From assembly GCA_949746285.1 (NCBI GenBank), contig CATJZH010000135.1:1-34684 (forward strand): a DNA stretch of 34,684 nucleotides, in the 5' to 3' direction. Positions 1 through 8,353 of the stretch are shown piece by piece (positions within the stretch are counted from its first letter, which is position 1; each line of letters starts with the position of its first letter). Both the position numbers and the translations under genes were made by a program. Under the pieces are notes generated by a model. It was not told the DNA's origin, searched no databases, and was given only the letters and a program-made list of their open reading frames with translations. Source of the DNA: an uncultured Clostridia bacterium. Lineage in GTDB: Bacteria > Bacillota > Clostridia > TANB77 > CAG-508.

Positions 1-605
1 ATAAAAATAAAAATGAAGCTATATCACAAGAAATATTATCAAACTTAACCTTTGAAGACAATGTAGCAGATGATACAACAATTAAATTTTCAAACAATTC
101 AATAGTAGTAATATTAAATACAGAAGATCCATGTGAAGTAGTATACTCTAAGCCAGTAGAAGAACAAAATGAAGAAGATAATATAGAATGGTTACAAACA
201 GCAAGTGGAACAAAGTATTATGCATTAGCAACAATTAATATACCATCAATAAACTGTACATATCCAATTTTAAATGAAACTAGTGAAGAGTTATTAAAAA
301 TAGCACCATGCAAATTTTGGGGAGCAGAACCAAATGAAGTAGGAAATTTCTGTATAGTAGGGCATAATTATAGAAGTGATAAATTCTTTAGTCATGTGCC
401 AGAATTAGGAATAGGAGAAAAAATAGAAATTACAAATTTAAAAAGAGAAACTTTAACTTATAGTATATATGATAAATATATAGTAGAACCAGATGATGTA
501 TCTTGTACAACACAAAGAACAAATGGAGCAAAAGAAATAACTATAATAACATGTACAAATGATAGTAAGCAAAGAGTTATAGTAAAAGCAAGAGAAGTGC
601 AATAA
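1..605 (+). CDS. Sortase (transpeptidase), 3' partial; the ORF is open from the window edge in the frame of position 3
   Basis: The frame-3 translation is open from nt 3 to the stop at 603-605. It contains IVGHNYRSDKFF (catalytic His region), ITIITCTN (TLxTC-type catalytic Cys motif) and a late Arg (VKAREV). The ORF track lists only the last 69 aa, from an internal GTG. Confidence 0.85.
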   Translation, partial: KNKNEAISQEILSNLTFEDNVADDTTIKFSNNSIVVILNTEDPCEVVYSKPVEEQNEEDNIEWLQTASGTKYYALATINIPSINCTYPILNETSEELLKIAPCKFWGAEPNEVGNFCIVGHNYRSDKFFSHVPELGIGEKIEITNLKRETLTYSIYDKYIVEPDDVSCTTQRTNGAKEITIITCTNDSKQRVIVKAREVQ

Positions 606-631
606 ATAGAGAAAAATTAGTAATAGAAGAA

Positions 632-662
632 ACTGTATTAGTAATAACTAATGCAGTTTTTT
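632..662 (+). terminator. Rho-independent terminator after the sortase gene
   Basis: 10-bp stem, actgtattag (632-641) with ctaatgcagt (648-657), including one G-U pair. 6-nt loop, followed by a T-run to 662. Confidence 0.6.
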
Positions 663-1021
663 ATGATTTTAATATATTGAACAAAGATGAAAATATTTAT
701 AATTTTCATCCTTGTTCTTTTTTAGTATATAAATAAATTATATTTTAGATACTGTATACCATGAATTTTAGTTATAAAATAAAATAGGAATTACTATCGT
801 TTTCTTATATAAATATATAAAAATACAGTAAAAAAATGAATAAATATGGAAAAAGCTTTAAAAAATGTAATATATTTGAAATAGAAAAACGTTTAATCCT
901 ACAGAGAAAAGGTGTTTGAATTTTAACATAAATTTAATATTAAAAATAATTAAAAAAGTAACTAGATAAAACTCTTGAAATACAAGTAATACATAAATTT
1001 GGAAACATAAAAACTATTGAT

Positions 1022-1049
1022 TTGACATTACTTTTTAAAATGTTAAAAT
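1022..1049 (+). promoter_or_regulatory. Sigma-A type promoter for nrdD
   Basis: TTGACA (1022-1027), 16-bp spacer, TAAAAT (1044-1049), with an extended -10 TG at 1041-1042. It lies about 70 nt upstream of the nrdD ATG. Confidence 0.55.
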
Positions 1050-1121
1050 GATTTCAAGATTTGAGTTACAAAAGAAAAAATTATGAAGTTCTATAATATA
1101 TTAAAATGGGGGTAAAGATCA

Positions 1122-3263
1122 ATGAGAGTAATCAAAAGAGATGGAAGAAAAGTAGAATACAATAGTGATAAAATTGTTATAGCAATAAGTAATGCAAACA
1201 AAGAAGTTGGTGGTAAAGATAAAATTTCAAGATCATCAATAGAATTTATAACAAAATATATAGAAGGATTAAACAGACCAACAATGTCAGTTGAAGAAAT
1301 TCAAGATATTATAGAACGTAAATTAATGGAATTTGGGAAATTTACATTAGCAAAAAAATATATTTTATATAGAGATAAACATGCATTAATACGTGAAGCA
1401 AACTCTACTGATGAAAGTATATTAACATTAGTAAGAAATGCAAATAAAGAAACAATGGAAGAAAACAGTAACAAAAATGCAGTATTAGTTTCAACACAAA
1501 GAGATTTAATAGCAGGTGAATGTTCAAAAGATTTAGCAGATAGAATAATGTTACCAGACAGAATAGTAAAAGCACATAATGATGGAATATTACATTTTCA
1601 CGATAAAGATTATTTTGTTCAACCAATGCATAATTGTTGCTTAGTAAATATAGGAGATATGCTAGATAATGGAACAGTTATGAATGGAAAAATGATAGAA
1701 AGTCCTAAGAGTTTCCAAGTTGCTTGTACAGTTATGACACAAATAATTGCAGCAGTAGCAAGTAGCCAATATGGTGGACAATCTGTAGACATTCGTCATT
1801 TAGGAAAATATTTAAGAAAAACTTATGACAAAGTATACAAAAAAAGATTTTTAGGATATGTTGAAAAAGGATATTCTAAAGAAGAAGCAGAAGAAAGAGC
1901 AAAAGAAGATGCAGCAGAAAGAAGACAGGAAGATTTAGAAGCAGGTGTTCAAACAATTCAATATCAAATAAATACATTAATGACTACAAATGGTCAAAGT
2001 CCTTTTGTTACAATATTTATGTATTTAGATAAAGATGATGAGTATATCGAAGAAAATGCAATGATTATAGAAGAAATTCTAAAACAAAGATATGAAGGAA
2101 TAAAAAATGATAAAGGTGTATATATAACACCAGCATTTCCAAAATTAATATATGTTTTAGATGAACATAACTGTTTAAAAGGTGGAAAATATGATTATCT
2201 AACAAAATTAGCAGTAAAATGTTCTTCAAAAAGATTATATCCAGACTATATATCAGCGAAAATAATGAGAGAAAACTACGAAGGAAATGTATTTAGTCCT
2301 ATGGGATGTAGAAGTTTCTTATCTCCTTGGAAAAATGAAAAAGGAGAATATGTATTCGAATCAAGATTTAATCAAGGTGTTGTTAGTATAAACTTACCAC
2401 AAATAGGAATTATAGCTAATGGTGATGAAGATAGATTTTGGAAATTATTTGATGAAAGATTAGAACTATGCTATGATGCATTAATGTGCAGACATAATGC
2501 ATTACTTGGAACAATGTCAGATGCTTCACCAATTCATTGGCAATATGGAGCGATAGCAAGACTTGAAAAAGGAGAAAAAATAGATAAATTATTAAATAGT
2601 TGTTTCTCAACAATATCTTTAGGATATATAGGATTATATGAAGTAACTAAAATAATGAAAGGAGTTAGTCATACAGATCCTGTTGGAGAAGAATTTTCTT
2701 TAAGAGTAATGAGGCATTTAAGAGATACAGTAGACAAATGGAAAAAGGAAACAGGATTAGGATTTGCTTTATATGGTACACCTGCAGAAAGTTTATGTTA
2801 TAGATTTGCTAGAGTAGATAAAGAAAGATTTGGAGATATAGAAGATATAACAGATAAAGGATATTATACAAATTCATATCATGTAGATGTTAGAGAAAAA
2901 ATAACAGCATTTGATAAATTAAAATTTGAATCTAAATATCAACCAATATCTTCTGGAGGAGCTATTTCATATGTTGAAATACCAAATATGAAGAATAACT
3001 TAGAAGCATTAGAAGAAATAGTAAAATTTATATACGATAATATTCAATATGCAGAATTTAATACAAAATCAGATTATTGTCATTGTTGTGGATTTGATGG
3101 AGAAATTATTATAAACGAAAAGAATGAATGGGAATGTCCACAATGTGGTAATAAAGACCACAACAAAATGAATGTTACAAGAAGAACATGTGGTTACTTA
3201 GGAGAAAACTTCTGGAATGTAGGAAAAACAAAAGAAATAAAGTCTAGGGTATTACACATCTAG
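1122..3263 (+). CDS. nrdD: Anaerobic ribonucleoside-triphosphate reductase (class III RNR)
   Basis: 713 aa. N-terminal ATP-cone (MRVIKRDGRKVEYNSDKI). C-terminal Zn-ribbon cysteines (CHCCG...CPQCG). Glycyl-radical motif RRTCGYLG near the C-terminus. RBS ggggt lies upstream. Confidence 0.97.
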   Translation: MRVIKRDGRKVEYNSDKIVIAISNANKEVGGKDKISRSSIEFITKYIEGLNRPTMSVEEIQDIIERKLMEFGKFTLAKKYILYRDKHALIREANSTDESILTLVRNANKETMEENSNKNAVLVSTQRDLIAGECSKDLADRIMLPDRIVKAHNDGILHFHDKDYFVQPMHNCCLVNIGDMLDNGTVMNGKMIESPKSFQVACTVMTQIIAAVASSQYGGQSVDIRHLGKYLRKTYDKVYKKRFLGYVEKGYSKEEAEERAKEDAAERRQEDLEAGVQTIQYQINTLMTTNGQSPFVTIFMYLDKDDEYIEENAMIIEEILKQRYEGIKNDKGVYITPAFPKLIYVLDEHNCLKGGKYDYLTKLAVKCSSKRLYPDYISAKIMRENYEGNVFSPMGCRSFLSPWKNEKGEYVFESRFNQGVVSINLPQIGIIANGDEDRFWKLFDERLELCYDALMCRHNALLGTMSDASPIHWQYGAIARLEKGEKIDKLLNSCFSTISLGYIGLYEVTKIMKGVSHTDPVGEEFSLRVMRHLRDTVDKWKKETGLGFALYGTPAESLCYRFARVDKERFGDIEDITDKGYYTNSYHVDVREKITAFDKLKFESKYQPISSGGAISYVEIPNMKNNLEALEEIVKFIYDNIQYAEFNTKSDYCHCCGFDGEIIINEKNEWECPQCGNKDHNKMNVTRRTCGYLGENFWNVGKTKEIKSRVLHI

Positions 3264-3279
3264 TAATAAAAAACAAAAG

Positions 3280-3325
3280 AGCCGTTTGAATGAAATTAAA
3301 ATAAATATTATAAATTCAAACGGCT
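3280..3325 (+). promoter_or_regulatory. Intercistronic stem-loop between nrdD and nrdG
   Basis: Perfect 12-bp stem, agccgtttgaat (3280-3291) with attcaaacggct (3314-3325), and a 22-nt AT-rich loop. No clear T-run follows, so it is probably an mRNA processing, stability or partial attenuation element rather than a full terminator. Confidence 0.45.
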
Positions 3326-3364
3326 TAAATTACGTAATATTTTATTGAAGGAGTGCTTTAAGTA

Positions 3365-4120
3365 ATGAATTATGCAGATATAAAAAAAGTAGATATACAA
3401 GATGGAACAGGTGTAAGAGTTTCAATTTATGTAAGTGGATGCCATTTTCATTGTAAAGGATGTCATAACAAAGAAGCTTGGGATTTTAATTATGGAAAAA
3501 AATTTGATGAAAGTACTATAAATTATATACTAGAATTAATGGATAGAGACTATATTGCAGGACTTTCAATACTTGGAGGAGAGCCACTAGAACCAGTAAA
3601 TCAACAGGGGTTAGTGCCACTTGTACAAAAAGTAAAAGAAAAATTTCCTAATAAAACAATATGGTGTTATACAGGCTATGATTTTGATAAAGATGTATTA
3701 GGAAAAATGTATAAAGAATTTTCGTATACTAAAGAATTAATCAGTAATATAGATATAATGGTAGATGGAGAATTTGTTGAAGAGAAAAAACTTGCAGATT
3801 TAAAATTTAGAGGTTCTACAAATCAGAGAAAAATAGATGTAAAAGCTAGCATAAAAATGGGAAAAACAATTCAGTTACAATTTGGTGATGAAAGTAGATA
3901 TGAAGAAACAGATGAAACTAAAAATCCTAAAATAATATTCTTTAAGGAGTTTAAGGAAAAAGAAGAAAATGAAGAAACATCAAAGGATACAAGTGTAACA
4001 GCTAAAGTAATAGAATCTAATGATAAAGAGACTCCAAGCAATCCTGCATATGAAATAAGAAAACCTGAAATTGCAGTTGCTGCAAAAGGAATTGAAATAA
4101 AAAGAGATGAAAATTTATAA
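3365..4120 (+). CDS. nrdG: Anaerobic RNR activating protein (radical SAM) with a ~75-aa Glu/Lys-rich C-terminal extension
   Basis: CxxxCxxC cluster motif in GCHFHCKGCHN. GGEPL motif. Sits directly downstream of nrdD. RBS aaggag. Confidence 0.93.
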   Translation: MNYADIKKVDIQDGTGVRVSIYVSGCHFHCKGCHNKEAWDFNYGKKFDESTINYILELMDRDYIAGLSILGGEPLEPVNQQGLVPLVQKVKEKFPNKTIWCYTGYDFDKDVLGKMYKEFSYTKELISNIDIMVDGEFVEEKKLADLKFRGSTNQRKIDVKASIKMGKTIQLQFGDESRYEETDETKNPKIIFFKEFKEKEENEETSKDTSVTAKVIESNDKETPSNPAYEIRKPEIAVAAKGIEIKRDENL

Positions 4121-4141
4121 TAAAAATATAAGGAGTAGAAA

Positions 4142-5089
4142 ATGAACAACTTAAAAATTTTTTCATGTAGTGACTCAGCAGAAAAATTTACAGAAGAAAT
4201 ATGTAATTATTTAAAAATTGACAAAGGAAAAATGCGTAGAATGAAGTTTAAAAATGATAATAACTTTGTTCAAATCTTAGAAAGTGTAAGAGATAAGGAT
4301 GTTTTTCTAATACAAACGACGGAACCACCAGTAAATGAAAGGGTAATGGAACTTTTAATAACTATTGATGCAATTAAAAGAGCTTCATCAAAAAGAATAA
4401 CTGTAGTACTACCATATTATATGTACTCAAGATCAGATAAAAAAGATCAACCAAGAATTCCTGTTACAGCTAAACTATTTGCACAGTTAATAGAAGCTGC
4501 TGGAGCAAATAGAGTTTTAACATGTGATTTACACAATAAAGCAATTCAAGCATATTTTAATATAAATTGTGATGTTTTAACAGGAGAATCATTATTAGAA
4601 AAATATTTTGATTTAAAAGACATAGATAATAAGGTAGTAGTTGCTACAGATGCTGGAAGTTCTAAAAAAGCTTATAAATATGCTGAACATTTTGGATGTC
4701 CAATAGCATTAGTAGATAAAAGAAGAGAAGGCAATGATGATAGAGCAGTAGCAAGTAGTGTTATAGGAGAAATAAAGGGAAAAAATGCATTAGTATTTGA
4801 TGATGAAGTAGATACAGCAGGTTCAATAATGGAAACCGTAGAAGTTGTAAAAAAGTTTGGGGCAAAAGATGTATATGTTGGATGTACACATGGAATTTTA
4901 TCAGGACCAGCTATTGAAAGAATAAAAAAATCAAGTTTAAAAGAACTTGTAATGACAAATACTGTACCATTACCAAAAGAAAAACAAATAGAAAAGATAG
5001 TAGTAGTATCAATATCAGAACTTTTTGGGGAAGCAATAAAAAGAATAAATGAAGAAAGTTCAATAGGAGAATTATTTGAAACAAATTAA
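4142..5089 (+). CDS. prs: Ribose-phosphate pyrophosphokinase family protein (PRPP synthetase-like, divergent)
   Basis: 315 aa. Prs-like layout: N-terminal KIFSCS...FxNxxxxVxIxESVRxKDVFLIQ, VLPYYMYSRSDKK (the equivalent of PYxxYARQDRK), a DLH motif, and the PRPP-binding loop VFDDEVDTAGS. RBS aaggag. Begins 21 nt after nrdG. Confidence 0.88.
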   Translation: MNNLKIFSCSDSAEKFTEEICNYLKIDKGKMRRMKFKNDNNFVQILESVRDKDVFLIQTTEPPVNERVMELLITIDAIKRASSKRITVVLPYYMYSRSDKKDQPRIPVTAKLFAQLIEAAGANRVLTCDLHNKAIQAYFNINCDVLTGESLLEKYFDLKDIDNKVVVATDAGSSKKAYKYAEHFGCPIALVDKRREGNDDRAVASSVIGEIKGKNALVFDDEVDTAGSIMETVEVVKKFGAKDVYVGCTHGILSGPAIERIKKSSLKELVMTNTVPLPKEKQIEKIVVVSISELFGEAIKRINEESSIGELFETN

Positions 5090-5092
5090 GTA

Positions 5093-5122
5093 TTGACAAA
5101 TACGTGTTTAGTAATGTATAAT
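5093..5122 (+). promoter_or_regulatory. Sigma-A type promoter for rpsU
   Basis: TTGACA (5093-5098), 18-bp spacer, TATAAT (5117-5122), with TG immediately upstream. Confidence 0.55.
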
Positions 5123-5215
5123 ATTAAACAGTTAAGCGAAAATCTAAAGGATTATTACATAAAAAAATCAATCCCACAAGATGTTTTTTAGGCTTCGGAA
5201 GGAGGGGAAAAAATA

Positions 5216-5386
5216 ATGTCAGAAGTTAAAGTTAAAGATGGAAATATAGAAGATGCTCTAAAAAGATTCAAAAGACAATGTGCTAGAAATGGAGTATTGC
5301 AAGAAGTAAGAAAAAGAGAACATTATGAAAAACCTAGCGTTAAAAGAAAGAAAAAATCAGAGGCTGCAAGAAAAAGAAAATTTTAA
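5216..5386 (+). CDS. rpsU: 30S ribosomal protein S21
   Basis: Hand translation gives [56 protein letters not shown] (56 aa), the typical S21 sequence. Strong RBS ggaaggagggg lies upstream. It is absent from the ORF track because it is under 60 aa. Confidence 0.92.
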   Translation: MSEVKVKDGNIEDALKRFKRQCARNGVLQEVRKREHYEKPSVKRKKKSEAARKRKF

Positions 5387-5410
5387 TATAAAAATAGGCT
5401 GAATGTCAAT

Positions 5411-5455
5411 AGCTGGAACAGAAAACTTTTAAAGTTTTTTGTCTCAGCTTTTTTT
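5411..5455 (+). terminator. Rho-independent terminator after rpsU
   Basis: 18-position stem (5411-5428 with 5432-5449), one mismatch and two G-U pairs, 3-nt loop, then a T-run 5450-5455. Confidence 0.7.
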
Positions 5456-5631
5456 AATGCAGCTTAGTTTTATGTTTTTTAAATGTAATATAAATTTAAT
5501 AGAAAAAATCAAAATATGATGTATAATATAAAGTGTATAATTATAGTGCAAAAACAAATATAAAAACTAAGTGCTATTTTAAAATGACTATACAAAATAC
5601 ATATAGAAATGAAATAGATAGGATTTATTAA

Positions 5632-7284
5632 ATGAAAAATAAAAAAAGCTCAAAAATAACTAAAAATAGAAAAATAGTTTTAAGTGTAATAATAACAATA
5701 GTATTTATTATATTATTAGTAATTACTTTAATTTTAATAAATAAACAGAACTTAAGTAGTGATGTAACCCCAGTAGAAACAGAACATAAAGAAGCAGTAA
5801 AACAAAAAAATCCAGAAAATTATACAGCAGTAATGAGTTTAGATAATATAGAAGTACCAGTGCCAACGGGATATACAGCGTCAAGTGTAGAAAGTGAAAG
5901 GTACGTAAATGGAATAAATGAAGTACATAAAGGGACAGCTAAAACACTTGCTTTGTCATCAGAAGGAGAATATGCATGGACACAAAATGAAGAAGATGGA
6001 GTATGGTCAAGTGGAAATTATAATGTAGCAAGTTCAAGTAGTATATTAGAAAGTGAAGAATTTGAAATAGGAGAAAATGGAGGACACATAAAAGTAAATT
6101 GGAGTGTATCGTCACAATATGGAAATGATGTATTATATGCAACAATAATAAGTGTAGAAACAGGCGAAGAAGAGAGATGTCCAAGTATAAGTAATACAAT
6201 ATATGGAACAAAATATGAAAATTTAGTATATGTAGATTATGATAAAGAACTAGAAGCAGGAAGATATAAAGTAATATTAACATATTCGAAAAATGGTTCA
6301 AGCAATAGTGGATTAGATAAAGGGTATGTAAAAAGTGTAGAAGTAGTAAATTATAGTGCAGATGGAACAGGAGAAGCGGAGGCAGTAGAACATAAATATG
6401 GAGGATTTGTAATATATGAAGGAGACGAAGAAGTAAATGAAAGTAATTTGCTAGAAGCTCAAAAGACAAGAAATCAATGGGTATGGGTACCAGTAAATGA
6501 CCCAAGTAGAATATATAGTGAAACAAATGGAGTAAAAACAGGAAAATATTATAGTAATTGGACATTAACAGGAAGAGGAAGTTCATCAACAGGAACTGAA
6601 CCAAAAGCTTTGACAGGTAGTTATGACACGCCACAGTATTTTTCAAGATATGGACTAGAAGGAATGACAAGAGAAAATTTTGACCAAGAGTTAAGAATAG
6701 AGTTTGAAGAAGCAATAGAAAGTATAAAAACCTATGGAGGATTTTATATAGGAAGATATGAAACAGGAAGTGTAAGTACAAATGAACCAGTAGTAAGAAA
6801 AATGAATACAGATATAGCAAGTCAAACATGGTATGCAATGTATGGAAAGATGGAAGTATTAGGAAGAAGTATGAGTGTAAAAGCAAATATGATATGGGGA
6901 TGTCTGTGGGATGAAGCTTTGCAGTGGTTAGTAGAGAGTGGAAGCAAAACATATGGAGAAATAAGAAATTCAACAAGTTGGGGAAATTATTATGATAGTA
7001 TATTTAAATATACAAATACAAATGGAACAGAAGCAACAAAAAGTATAGGAAGCACAAGAATCCCAAGTGGAAGTAGTGAATATACGAAAGCAAATAATGT
7101 GTATGACATGGCAGGAAATGTGTACGATAGGACATTAGAGGCCGACGGCACCAACTACCGTTATTCTCGCGGGGGCGGTTACAACAGCAACGGTTCTAAC
7201 GGCCTGGCGTACCACAGGTTCAGCAGCATTCCTTACAACAGCAGCAGCTTCCTCGGTTTTCGCGCGTACTTTTATATAAAATAG
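5632..7284 (+). CDS. Membrane-anchored extracellular protein with a C-terminal FGE-sulfatase (SUMF1/CLec-fold) domain; candidate DGR target protein
   Basis: 550 aa. N-terminal signal-anchor (IVLSVIITIVFIILLVITLILI). FGE-family motifs: GGFYIGRYE, WGCLWDEALQW, YDMAGNVYD (equivalent to GNVWEW), RGGGY (equivalent to RGGSW), and a terminal GFR. Confidence 0.8.
   Translation: MKNKKSSKITKNRKIVLSVIITIVFIILLVITLILINKQNLSSDVTPVETEHKEAVKQKNPENYTAVMSLDNIEVPVPTGYTASSVESERYVNGINEVHKGTAKTLALSSEGEYAWTQNEEDGVWSSGNYNVASSSSILESEEFEIGENGGHIKVNWSVSSQYGNDVLYATIISVETGEEERCPSISNTIYGTKYENLVYVDYDKELEAGRYKVILTYSKNGSSNSGLDKGYVKSVEVVNYSADGTGEAEAVEHKYGGFVIYEGDEEVNESNLLEAQKTRNQWVWVPVNDPSRIYSETNGVKTGKYYSNWTLTGRGSSSTGTEPKALTGSYDTPQYFSRYGLEGMTRENFDQELRIEFEEAIESIKTYGGFYIGRYETGSVSTNEPVVRKMNTDIASQTWYAMYGKMEVLGRSMSVKANMIWGCLWDEALQWLVESGSKTYGEIRNSTSWGNYYDSIFKYTNTNGTEATKSIGSTRIPSGSSEYTKANNVYDMAGNVYDRTLEADGTNYRYSRGGGYNSNGSNGLAYHRFSSIPYNSSSFLGFRAYFYIK
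7141..7269 (+). other. DGR variable-region-like cassette (43 codons) at the 3' end of the FGE-domain gene
   Basis: Composition switches abruptly to about 58% G+C (75/129 by hand count). There is no adenine at any third codon position. Adenines occur only at codon positions 1 and 2 (AAC x5, AGC x6, TAC x5, CAC, GAC, ACC). Scaffold residues use A-free codons. Confidence 0.65.
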
Positions 7285-7390
7285 GAATAAATACTAATTT
7301 AAACAAATAGAAATGAGTAGTAAAAAACTATGAAAAGGGCAGAGATTAGAGTCTATTTTATATATGTAGAACTGAAAATTGATAAAAATA

Positions 7391-7427
7391 AAAATCCTGA
7401 AATCTAAACTGAGTTTCAAGATTTTTT
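7391..7427. terminator. Bidirectional rho-independent terminator between convergent genes
   Basis: Stem atcctgaaa (7394-7402) with tttcaagat (7414-7422), one mismatch. An A-run lies on the left and a T-run (7422-7427) on the right. It sits between the stop at 7284 (+) and the stop at 7504 (-). Confidence 0.65.
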
Positions 7428-7503
7428 CATATTTGCATATGTCCAATTAGGGAGGATTGTTTTTGTCCATTTATATACGTATGTTTAAAAAATATTATTT
7501 ATT

Positions 7504-8253
7504 TTATCTTCCAATAAATAATTCAACAATAATTTTTCCATAAGCAATACTATCTACAACAGCAATTCCAGTATAATTGTAATCATTACTTAAAATATTT
7601 TCTTTGTGCGATTCAGAATTTAACCAGCTTTCGACAGCTGCGGGGATACTGCTATTGCCAGCTATATTTTCACTAGCAGTTTTATAGGAAATGTTGTTGC
7701 TTTTTAACATATCAAATGGAGTACCAAGAGTAGGTGAGTTGTGAGAAAAATAATTATTTTGGACTAAATCTTGAGCTTTTAACCTTGCAACATTTTGCAA
7801 ATTCTCATCAATTTCTAAACTAGATAAATTGTTTTTATTCCTTTCTGCATTTATTAAAGATAAAAGCTGTGATTCATCATCAGTTAGATTTTGATTTTTT
7901 GTTTCTTCAACAGTTTCTGTATTTGTAGCTGCGGCTTTTTGTTCAGAAGTAGGAGTTATATAACGTTCATGAGCTGCTCCAATCTTATTTTCTTCATTTT
8001 GTATTATATACCATTCTCCAATCTTTCCAAAAATTCTGACATATTCATTACGTTTTAGAAGATCGACTGATTTAAAATTTATTCCAGCACCACTTCTCAT
8101 ATTTAAGTAATCAGTATTAACAATTCCTAATGAAAAATCTAGTGTTTGATAGTCTTCCATACCAAAAGATTTGGCAAAAAGACTTACTAGTAAAATCAGT
8201 ATTATTGAAATTAATACTATTGTAATTTTATTTTCTAATATAAATTTTTTCAT
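7504..8253 (-). CDS. Secreted or membrane-anchored SH3 + CAP/SCP (YkwD-like) domain protein
   Basis: 249 aa. N-terminal TM segment. Bacterial SH3 motif (YLNMRSGAGINFKSVDLLKRNEYVRIFGKIGEWYII). C-terminal CAP/YkwD-like region (LINAERNKNNL...YFSHNSP...ENIA...WLNSESHKENIL). RBS aaggagg. Confidence 0.8.
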   Translation of the reverse strand: MKKFILENKITIVLISIILILLVSLFAKSFGMEDYQTLDFSLGIVNTDYLNMRSGAGINFKSVDLLKRNEYVRIFGKIGEWYIIQNEENKIGAAHERYITPTSEQKAAATNTETVEETKNQNLTDDESQLLSLINAERNKNNLSSLEIDENLQNVARLKAQDLVQNNYFSHNSPTLGTPFDMLKSNNISYKTASENIAGNSSIPAAVESWLNSESHKENILSNDYNYTGIAVVDSIAYGKIIVELFIGR

Positions 8254-8353
8254 AAAAAAACCTCCTTATTATTTTAAGGAGATTTTACCCAATTTTTAAT
8301 TTGATTAAACATAATTACTGTTTATTTAATAAATTTATTTAATTATAAAAAAA

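Noticed and set aside
836-919. 27-codon ORF (MNKYGKSFKKCNIFEIEKRLILQRKGV) and other tiny ORFs in the 516-bp sortase-nrdD intergenic region.
   Set aside because: No Shine-Dalgarno sequence and no recognisable family. ORFs of this length arise by chance.
1085-1110. Possible NrdR box upstream of nrdD (ttctataatatattaaaat).
   Set aside because: It has an AT-rich ATAT core but is not palindromic. It lacks the ACAC/GTGT flanks of the NrdR consensus as I remember it, and no second box lies about 31 bp away. In sequence this AT-rich, such a match is expected by chance.
5632-5660. A7 homopolymer near the 5' end of the FGE-domain gene (atgaaaaataaaaaaagc) as a phase-variation switch.
   Set aside because: A-runs of 6-8 occur throughout this AT-rich window, including inside housekeeping genes. 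This one is not unusually long.
5939-6976. 345-aa ORF on the - strand, plus the many other antisense ORFs in the track (for example 23847-24533, 26495-26851, 29069-29401, 29765-30103, 14223-14576, 18346-18723).
   Set aside because: All lie antisense to strong, motif-bearing CDSs. Their translations are low-complexity Leu/Phe/His/Ile-rich strings, as expected from reading A-rich sense codons backwards. None has an RBS or recognisable motifs.
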